From assembly GCA_002104905.1 (NCBI GenBank), contig MCFE01000096.1:1-64000 (forward strand): 64,000 nt of DNA, given 5' to 3'. The notes beneath the pieces are model-generated. The model made no database searches, was not told the DNA's origin, and saw nothing but the letters and a program-made list of their open reading frames with translations. The stretch's first letter is position 1; the number at the start of each line of letters is the position of its first letter. Below, piece after piece: positions 55,101 to 64,000 of the stretch. Both the position numbers and the translations under genes were made by a program. This DNA comes from Basidiobolus meristosporus CBS 931.73 (taxonomy: Eukaryota > Fungi > Basidiobolomycota).

Positions 55101-55259
55101 AGACATCATTTCATACGTGAAGCTATACAGAATAACATAGTTAGCTTAGTTTACTGTCCTACAGATGAAATCATTGCAGACATATTTACCAAACCATTAG
55201 CTAGAGACAAGTTTGAATATCTTAGGTCAAAATTAGGACTAGTCAGTATGAACATTTAG
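52119..55259 (+). CDS. pol: Copia Pol (PR-IN-RT-RNase H), element 2, open 1046 aa
   Basis: WYIDSGAS protease, HSDLCGP/SDNGGEY/PQQNGVAERAN integrase, YVDDL RT and ADIFTKPL RNase H, in copia domain order. Confidence 0.96.
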   Translation: MTTNKDSQTWYIDSGASQHFTHQKELFTQYQEIPIKKVFMGDDRTLDAVGEGTIQVNLRSSEGSHTLTFKEVLYVPEIAKNLLSVSKATAEGLSFSFDNSGCRITDQNGAHIALGIRDQNLYKLTYIPSYLEANISNLNEETPMLWHRRFGHINFDYLRKMIKDQLISGVKIDPPANLEHCEACIYGKQARQPFKSSGLIKTKKKLDLIHSDLCGPMQNLSLGGMKYLITFIDDYTRYTWVYFMERKEEALSKFREFKAMVERETGEKIKKIRSDNGGEYTSKLFIHFCKIHGIKQETTVPYSPQQNGVAERANRSIIDMARSMIHDQKLSYDFWAESVATAVYLKNRSYNRILRDSTPFEAWYGYRPSAEHLRIFGCTAYAKKLAGNQSKFEPKSVKCIFLGYCNESKAYRLYNTKAKKLIKSRDVLFDENSKFSQKMTSDDDENLISSPPIVRIESEQNNENFFTPEDSTTVVQPESVPRNIPEVIIPVSNARRSNRTRNSPNYYINEGTNLAYAYSVHIDEPQTVKEALNSPQTKFWRSAMTEEYQALMENQTWDLVKLPINQKSIGCRWVFKTKYKADGTIERYKARLVARGYSQTKGLDYTETFAPVAKFNSIRLILAIAAKYKFFIHQMDVKTAFLNGELDEDVYMDQPDGFVDQDNPHLVCKLKKSLYGLKQSPRAWNCKIDSYLESLSFKRSNADYSIYYKPDRANPVLLALYVDDLIIATNNLETLEETKSSLTKEFKMSDLGELSCYLGIKFSIDRSTQTITLSQSKYIQDILKKYKMEDCKPAATPMETNLNLVKTQPNQESLVPSESPDFPYQSMVGSLMYIMLGTCPDISYSVGVVSQHNQNYGSDHIAAVKRIFRYLKGTADICLRYTYKDSEQDLVGYSDAEWGRNLEDRRSTTGYTFLYCKGAISWNSRKQPTIALSTTEAEYMAACEATKEAMWLRKLFTDLGLCQKMPITLFQDNQGCIQLGRNPTFHARTKHIDIRHHFIREAIQNNIVSLVYCPTDEIIADIFTKPLARDKFEYLRSKLGLVSMNI

Positions 55260-55619
55260 CTGAGTGGGAGTGTTGTAAAAATTTGTATTTCCACCTAAAT
55301 ATTCACCTAACTTAGTCACTTAGATCATTACCTTCAAATCCTAGAAAATACTGACCAAATTCCTTGTTGGGATTTACTTAGAATATTTTCACCAAAATAC
55401 CAGGTACCCAGAACATGAAAATTCTCAAAGTTGTCCATACAGCCCCAAACTTTGCACACATGTTCTTGGGACCTTCCTTAACCTATTCTACGTGTTTGTA
55501 ATGCCAAGACCAGGTAAAAGTATAAGTACTACTTTTACATTCAATAAATCATTAAGTGAAAACCACCTAATCTACTTGTTCTCCCAATCACTTCCAATAT
55601 CTCCAAGACTCTTACAACA

Positions 55620-58450
55620 AAATATACCTACAGTGTCAACATATGACTTCCAATACTTCCAATATACTCCTGGCTAAAGTGGCTCCAGAAGACCACTTGA
55701 GTAAATACATATCCAGCTCATCCAGTCGTTGCATTTGTATTGTTGCAAATGGATATGGATGTTAATTAGAGCTGGTGAGAAGTACTTTGGGTAGCAATAC
55801 TCTGTATTATTTTGCCAATTCTTTCAAATTTCTCCGGAATCTCAAAGGGCTTATTTAGCTTGAAAGGCCCTATGTACCACTTGGTCTATAGTATAGGGAT
55901 ATTCTTAAAAAGCAAATGCATTGCTCCCAGTAGAAAGCTTTTGCCACAACATATACCCTCTATCTTTAGAATCTCCAGTTTCCATTCATCCCATATTCTG
56001 GCCTATAGCTTATAGCTTGCCAACTTTGCTGCAATTGCATGCTGACTTCTGTACATTCACTGTGTGGGAAAAGGATGCTTCTAGTTTAGGTGTGTGGACA
56101 AAAATGAGTGTGAGTTATGGGGTGAATCCCCTGGATCTCACATATTTGACAACAATACCCTCCATCGTGCCCAGAAAAGCTTGCTATATTGCTGATGGCT
56201 GGGGTATCTCCAATGCGGATAATAATATACACTTAGATATAATGGCCATTTACTAGTATGCTGATAGAAAGCATGCCAAACTTATCCAGCAATCAATACA
56301 GGTAACTATCCAGGGTAGATGATGATTTAGGCCCAGATACCAGTGAGACTAACAACATATACCTGCCCTGATACTATAAGATAGGTGCAAGATTATAGTT
56401 GATAAGAATCAGTGGCCAGCAGGATTTGCTGGCAGAGTACTTATTTAATAAGAATTCATCAAGTGCCAAGGCAAAGGCATAGACATATATACCTTCAGAG
56501 TTGCACTTACTTCTTAGCTGTTTGTAATGTTTGCCATCAAGCATATAAGAGATATTGTCTCTTGACTGATACTTAGTGCAATACTTTATAGCTTCTTTAG
56601 ACAGGGTATTACTAGAATACTTCTGGAGTGTGTACAATGTTTCCCTCTAATGGTGGTAGATTTCTGCAAGGTTAGACACCTTGCAATGGTGACATTGTCC
56701 AATGTGTATGCCATGCAACTGCTAACACATGCTGGTATCAGAATGGTCTCTGGGCTGTATGTAGCCAGTCACATGATGGTAGTACACTTGCACCATGTAC
56801 ATGGTAAGTTGCATCCTGGAATGATTCTGGCAAGAAGTAGTAGTAAATGACAGCCTTGTACTTGAAACATTGCACCCACACAAATGCATGATTCAGTGAT
56901 GCCCTGCCATGGCAAGAAATATCAATAAAGCTGTAGCACCCTATACACACATGTATATAGCACTATTTCTCCTATTGTTTGACTCACTTCTATATATACA
57001 CCATCAGAAAATAAAGCAAAGTTGTCTGATTCATAACCAAGCCCCCCTGTTGACAGCAGCAGAGAATGGTTGGACAACAGCTTGCTTTGATACTCAGGGC
57101 AACAAGCAGAGCTACATCCAAAAAAGGCCATGTTGACAGTGTGCCCACTGAAGGTAATAATGAGGACTCCTCAGGCTCTCAGTCAAGTAGGCAATCAAGA
57201 ATCTCTGAGGAGCTGCAGGCTGACCTTGATACTCAGGCAGATGAGAATATAGCCAATGCAGTACCTTTGCTTGAAGATCAGCAAGTGGCTGTCATAATAT
57301 AACCACCACTGTTATTAGCAAGTATGTTAGATCTCATACCAAAGCATTATTGAAGCAATTAGGTGCAGTCACTGAGAGGATACAATGGCCCAGAGAAGTC
57401 AGGAAATAGTCCAGGAGCAATATGATCTGCCAATACACAAAGAGCAATGAATATCCCAGGTAGAGAACATGGTATCCTTGCTACAAAGGAGGAACTCAAG
57501 TAGCGCAATATCACAGTAAGTAATTGAAGTATTTTCCAATGTAACAACAGAGTAGCACCTTACAGTCTTTGAAGTAAAACAACAGTGCCCAAAGATAAAG
57601 CCCACCAAAAAACCCATCACAGCATGGTAAGGAGAGACTGTAGTGCTTATAATAAAGCATGAAAATCAGTATACACTAAAGATTGATGAAGCAGTGGAGT
57701 GCAATGATGAAGAGTACGTTAATTTACAAGAGGCTGTAAGAAGTCTAGCACGCCATCACCTTAAGGTTGGCATGCAATGGGACTAACAGGAAATCAAGGC
57801 CAAGCAGAATATGCTTGACTTGTTGCATCAGCATTATCCTGGATTCAACTGAGCAAATGAATATTGGACCAGCATTGGTATGCTGAGAAAGTATCTCAAG
57901 AATAGCCATACTAATAAAGGCAAAAGTGCAAGGGTTCCATGGCTAAAAACCAGTGGCCTCCTCAAGAGCCTGCTACAAGCAGAACCAAAAGCTGTAAAAA
58001 GGTGTCAAAGAGATATTGGGAAGCTGGAAGAGTGCCAATAAGGGACATACAGCCAGACACAAATGCATTAGCACAGCATTACTGAAGGAAAAAGCCTAGT
58101 TTCATTCAAGAAGCACTCAGTCAAGTTAGCAGTGAAGGACCTTGCAGTGATAAAACCAATGGCTTCCTCACAAGCTCATCACAACTATGGCCAAAAGTGC
58201 CAGGCAAGTGGCAAAGAAATGTCAGGTTACCAGTAGAGTGCTAGCAAGGGACAAGCAGGCCAAGATAGCTGTATCAGAGCAGCATTTATAGAGGAGAAAA
58301 CATAGTTCCATACAAGAAGCATTTAGACTAAGTAGCAGTGCAAGAACTGGCAGTATTCAAAAAGAAGGTAAAGGGAAAAAAGTCTATCCAAGCCAGAGTT
58401 GGGGAGGTGTAAGAAAAAAGCTGTAGTTCTTGCCAAGTGATACCATAGTC
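55620..58450. mobile_element. Decayed CACTA/EnSpm-like transposon, copy C; ends approximate
   Basis: Minus-strand fragment YAFALALDEFLLNKYSASKSCWPLILINYNLAP resembles the Transposase_21 motif (xxDGF...SCWPVxLxxYNLPP). The divergent second ORF remnant matches copies A and B. Confidence 0.65.
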
Positions 58451-60229
58451 CTGGAACCAGCTGAATCCCATCATTGCCAAGAAGAATTACCACCTAGATA
58501 AAGGCTGTTTTCTCAAGAGTTGGAAGCACAGCCAGTTGTGCCACACTCCAGTGAGGTAGATGAGTTTGCAGGGAAAGGCAACTTGTCTACCACAGCTTCC
58601 ACATTCTATGCTGTAGACAGAGTGGAGATCCAACTGACAGACCAAGCAACAACATCAAGAACTCAAACAACCATCACAATGCCTACAATGGAGTCTTGTA
58701 ATACTAATTGACACACCAAGAGGTTGGTGCACTTCTTCAGCAGCAGAGCTCAAGAAATGCACTTAAATATTGCAAGGATTCATTGCCCAGACTGACAAAT
58801 GAGATGCTAGATCTTGCAATGCCAGCTGAAGACCAGAACATATGGGAACTTGCAAATGAACAGTGGCAAGAAGCTGTATGATTCCCACCAAAGTCATTGA
58901 AAAAGAGTGTCACAGCCAAAACACCTACTGAATGGTTGATTTTATGGGGTTGCTTGTTGGTTGCAGGGTTGATACTAATGTGAGTGCTGGGTATAGGGAA
59001 TTGTATAGGGCAGTACAATTAGCAACTAAGGTACTACTGCAGTTTCAACAAAAATATATCAATTTGTACGCATGAAAAGTAAGTGAAATGGTTGAGTCAG
59101 GAAGTAAGCATAAAAAGTAAGAGATTTGGTTAAGTCAGTAAGTAAGGAGTGTGAAAACAAGGCAATAGCCAAGCAATATACATTAACATAGGAGATGACT
59201 GAGTGTCTGGGATCAGAAAGTGCAAGTATTGGCTGAGGACTAATCAAAAGCCACCTATATATTGTTGTGATGAAAATGTTGGCTACGTATTTTGAGAAAT
59301 CTGGGTGCAGTTACTTTTCAACACTCCTTGCATGGTGTCCTGACAGGATCAATACCTCTTGTGAAGCTTTAATTCTGTGTCAGCCTTTTGATGTAATCAT
59401 GACAGTTATTTTTCATTGGGTATCTGCACTCTGATTAACCACAAACATGGATTCTCAGAAGAGGTATACTGACTGTGGATTATCTCAGTAACTCACACAC
59501 CTGGAAAACTTTTAAAAAATGTCAAGATATTAGACTTATTCTATTGGATTGTGCCATACTGAGCCATGGGTATCAACCTGTACTTGGCAACAGATTGTGA
59601 GGCATTGATCATCATCTTCATGCAAAGCAGCCCCTGTGTGTCACCTACTGTGCTGGAGAAGATCCATTTGTTGACCTTTTTTTGGATCAATGCCAAGGAC
59701 TATGTGTAAATGCACAGAAGGAACAATAACATGTATTTGGTACTCAGTACCCATGTTACTCTGCATCTAGCTGCAGAGGTCCATAACATGTCACAGAAAT
59801 GCAGGGCACTATCTTGGTCCACTGGTACCATCTGGTACTATACTTTAACATTGGCCCTTAAGTAAAGCTGGTACAAAGCACTCACAGTGCCATATAGTAC
59901 CAGTGGAGCAATATAGTGCCTTGCATTTTTGCAACAAGTTACAAACTACTGCAGCTGGATTCAGTGGGCAACAGGTATTGAGTACCAAATGCATGTCACT
60001 TCTCTTTCTGTGCACTTACATATGGTCTGCAATACTGATCCCAAGAGAGGGTGAAAAACCTGGATTCTGTCCCACATAATGGGTGAAGCATAGGGGCTAC
60101 TATGCATGAGAATGTAGATATATGTTACATACTGTAAGGCAAAATATTGGGCAGCTATGCCTCTCTGGCACACTATGGAGCTGTGTGGTGCTATTCAATG
60201 AAACAAGTATATTGCAATTGGAGAGATTC

Positions 60230-60450
60230 TACTGGGGACAACAGAACACTTGATGCAGCTGGACAAGGAACTAGCCAAGTAAGCCTGTAGGTAATAAAGG
60301 AAGCCATACTCTTACCTTCAAGAAAATACTCTATGTACTTGAAATAGCCAAGAACCTACTGTCTGTAAGTGAGGCCACAGCAGAAGGACTTGGTTTCAGT
60401 TTTGACAGTTCTGGTTGCAGGATCACTGATCAAAATGGTGCACATATTAC
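60230..60450 (+). pseudogene. Isolated fragment of copia pol (protease to GAG-pre-integrase region)
   Basis: gaaatagccaagaacctactgtctgtaag...ggatcactgatcaaaatggtgc matches 48016-48120. Confidence 0.8.
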
Positions 60451-63380
60451 TATGGGTGTCAGTGATCAGAATCCACACAAGCTGGGCTAAAGCAAGCTGT
60501 GGTTTAGCCATTCTTCTGCTGCTGTTTGTGGTGGGGTCTGGTGGGAAACCATACATCTTGACTTTATTTGTTGGAAGATGTATATATGGAAGTGAGTCAA
60601 ACAAAGCAGAGATGTTGTTACATATATATGTGTATGTGGCACCACGGCTTTTTTTATAATGCTTAATATGACAGGTCATCTCTGAATCTGCATTCATGTA
60701 GGTGCAATGCCTCAATAATCTATGCTCTATCACAGTATATACAACCTTGTCTTAAAAAAGGTCAGAAAATGGATTTTCTCCTGCACAGTGGGTGAAATAT
60801 AGGGGTTATTTTGCATGAAATTTTGGAGCTATGTTTCATGTCAAGTGGCCAAGTATAAGGCTACTTTGTCTCTCTAGCTCAACATGGCATGATTTGGCAC
60901 TCATGGCTAAATGTGGCACTATCCAATGGAACAAGTCTATTTTACAAGCCTTGCAGCCATGAAGCACACAGACAGCATAGCAGGTGCTACAAGAAGCATG
61001 GCCAATGTTTTGCCACACAAGTCATACCTGAGCATTCATCAATCACTGTTATTCCAACAAAGTTTTGCTAGCCACTTAATAGACTTGTTCCATTGTACCA
61101 TGCCAGGGTGCGCGGCCCAATCTGCGGTTGTAAAGAACAATTGGGTGCAATATTAAAGCTACCAGAAGGCAGGATTGTTCTTGGACAATTTTGCACTATG
61201 TGGGACAATCTTGTACACTATGGCACAATCTGACACAATGAGGTTGGCACGGATGATCGCACCAACTTGTAATGTTTGCATCACGTGCGCAATTGGATAC
61301 CGCTATTATGGCAGGTAAAATCCGGTATTTAGATATGTTTCTTTAATGTAAATGGAAATAAATGTGTATCACACTATAAACTACACTGATACTTACCATT
61401 TTGGTCACCATTGTTCCAATTGGATGGTATCTCAGTGGTTAATTGGTCCAAAAGTATCCTGAAGCTGGCAGCCCCTAATTGGCTCATTGCCTACCAAGCA
61501 AGCTACCTGATTTGCCATCAAATATTCCATTTTGCCCATTGAGTAAGTAAATCCCTGAACCTAGTGATTGGACAAGGTGTCATAGCTAGCATGCAAGCAA
61601 TTGGGTGGGTGCAAAACAGATCCAATAGCTGCACTGGTATTACAGATGATGTGTATATATGCAGGGTGTTTATTTACAGGGGTTCTGTATCAAATATGAG
61701 ACTACTTTGATATTACTTATATCAAAAATTTGATGATCACTGATTTGTGATTGCTCAATTAAGATTGCAAAAAAAATGGGTAGTTGGGATCATTACAAAT
61801 AATAGCAACTCAAAGCAATTGCATCAACTTCTCCTGGGTTTTTTTCTCACAGGGATTACTACTGAAGCATTTGGTAGTGACTCACTTTGCACACCTATAC
61901 TACTTCCTGGCCGACTATCATCTTGGCTACTTGTGTATTTGTAGTCAGTATTTTGCCTCCTAGCTGATGAGTGCAATGCTGCAGCTTAGCTGCGCTGAAT
62001 TGCTCCAACTGAACTAACTGAACCGGCCTGGAGTGCCATGTGCTGACGCGTTCTTTTACTTACCAAGGGCTCTGGTGGTTGAGGCACTTCATGTTGGTCA
62101 TCATCAGTCAGTTCACCAGAAGTAACTTGCTGATGGTCAGGCAAAATGGCATGCGCATGCGTGCCTTGATGCATTGATATGGCCCTTGGCTGAGTTCATT
62201 GTGATGCTGCATGTTGATGCAACTTGGTTTGCTCCAATGGACTTGTGTCTAAATGAGCAGTTTGGCAAGTTCTGGTAGTTTTGCTCTGGTAAAGGGTGTT
62301 GGCGTAATCTGGACTGATGTGCGCCAGTGCGCTGTGGTAGCAAGAGATGGTAAGGAATCCAGCAAGGTGTGCTGGTGCAATCTGGATGATGTTGCTTGCA
62401 GTCTGTATTCTTCCTCCTGAAGCTCACTATCTGATTCCTCAAGGTATTCACTTACCCTCTTTCTGATACTTTGGAGCTGTTGCCTGGATGAGTCCTGTGT
62501 ATATTGCTCTTGGAAGCCACTTAGCTCTACTAATATATCATGCAGTACATTAGTCATTTGAGGCAAAACTCATTCAAAACCTCTGTGGTTCCCAAAGTTG
62601 AGGCACAAACAGATGCATCCAGCCCATACTGTGCAAATTATGTGCAAAATTGTTCCTGCACGGCTTCTTCATCAAATCCCCTCACTCTCAGCTCATTCTT
62701 GATTTCAGTACTTGTCTTGTTATATATCTTCTTACATACATTGGCTGGCATCTTGATGTAGAACTCATGCCACAGCTTTCTACTCAAATTCTGTCATCTT
62801 TGTTGACTCTTCAAGGTATCTAGTTCTGCTAGATTAATCAGTAGTGCCCAAATATCTGTATGAGGGCTCATCATAGACACTTGGGCCATACTAAAATCAT
62901 TTGGCAAGAACTCAAACGGATCCAACATCAACTTTTCCAGTCTGGACCACACTTGTGAGCTGGGGGATAGGTTTTGTCTGGGTTGTACTAAAGATGAGTT
63001 GAGACATGGTATGGGGACCATGGCAACAGATTTGGATACTTATATAGCAGTATATTGGCATCAACCTGGTCTTATATGAAATATATATGAAAACTAATGA
63101 GATTGTTGAATTTTCCATATATTATGCATGATGCATCTTGGATTGCATTGAAATGGAAAAGATCACATCAATCACAGATTTCCTATTTGATTATAGACCT
63201 ATGAGTAAAGCATCAATAAAAGTACCAAGGCATTGTTTGCGGATGATTTTTGCAACATAATGATGGGATACATGGTGATTGATGGAGATTTAATCATAAT
63301 GCATTAAAAATCTGATAAATAACGTGTATTGCACCAAATTGATTCAAACCACCTCCATACAATCATCCACCAATTTTAAT

Positions 63381-64000
63381 ATGAATTACTCATCTGAATG
63401 GTCTTTTCTCATCAATCCCATCACTACCACTGGATTTCCTTTTGATACAATAGAGGAGATCTATTCCAAGTACTGTGGACCATCAACCCAATCTACTCAA
63501 GCAGATCGCTTGTTAAGCTTCTCTGCTATTACAAGAACTATTGCCCCACAAGGTTTCATCCCACCATCCATGGCAACAAGAGTCCTAGAAGCTTTCATTC
63601 CCAACTGACAGCAATGGAGAACCACCTTGCAGAGTGTATGAATGACTTGGAGCAAGCTTGGAATACTAGGTTCAGAAGCTCCAATAGACTTCCATATCCC
63701 AGAGTGTTCAGCAACAGGTTCCATATAAGGAGTATTTTGGATACCTGCCCAGTGAGGATTAACAGACCTTCTAGAGGGCAGAGGCACTTTTATTCTGGCA
63801 AGTACAAGGCACACTGTGTGAAGTTTCAAGCACTGTCTGACATTGAGGGTAACATCATCTGGCTTATTGGGCCATTTGCTGGAAGTAGGCATGACAAAGC
63901 ACTCTGGGTAGAGAATCATCCAGAATTCAGTAGAGGGGAGAAATGTATGGCAGACTTAGCCTATATAGGAGAGGATTGTCACAGATTACGATGTATTACA
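63381..64000 (+). pseudogene. DDE_Tnp_4 (IS5/PIF-Harbinger-like) transposase with one frameshift, open past the right edge
   Basis: Manual translation gives ILDTCPVRINRPSRGQRHFYSGKYKAHCVKFQALSDIEGNIIWLIGPFAGSRHD...ADLAYIG; frameshift near 63490. Confidence 0.8.

Larger units (their letters stand above)
46603..55619 (+). mobile_element. Tandem pair of Ty1/copia elements sharing a central LTR (LTRs 46603-46951, 50938-51285, 55271-55619)
   Basis: LTR-internal-LTR-internal-LTR structure; TG...CA termini; PBS after LTR1 and LTR2; PPT-like ttagctgagtgggag before LTR2 and LTR3. Confidence 0.96.

Noticed and set aside
58450-60200. CpG-depleted stretch with short ORF fragments
   Set aside because: No recognisable motif; probably decayed repeat DNA, left unannotated.

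Overview
Eukaryotic genomic DNA from an intron-rich fungus. The gene content, including a Zn2Cys6 factor, an HSF-type factor and a FAAP100-like gene, suggests an early-diverging lineage, but the species cannot be named from sequence alone. There are four zones. (1) 1-6650 holds a tandem tRNA array: a 4315-bp unit carrying 14 tRNA genes for 14 different amino acids, followed by the start of a second identical unit. An apparently intact Ty3/gypsy retrotransposon (5' LTR 979-1306, gag running off the left edge) is inserted 11 nt upstream of the first tRNA-Pro. Its primer-binding site matches the tRNA-Ile encoded in the same array. (2) 6651-~20050 is a strongly CpG-depleted region of decayed transposons: CACTA-like copies, a MITE-like insert, a copia solo LTR, a decayed copia and gypsy remnants. 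(3) ~20050-41350 is a CpG-rich gene island containing a Gly/Pro/Ala-repeat secreted protein, SSL2/XPB, a CHK2-like FHA-kinase, an HSF-domain factor, three near-identical secreted-protein genes (+/-/+), a Zn2Cys6 factor, a fifth related secreted protein, and a ~17-intron gene that reads as the Fanconi-anaemia core subunit FAAP100. (4) 41350-64000 is CpG-depleted again: an old copia, a young LTR-sharing tandem copia pair, a CACTA-like copy and a DDE_Tnp_4-type transposase. Spliced models were built by hand, and homology calls rest on recognised motifs, not database searches.
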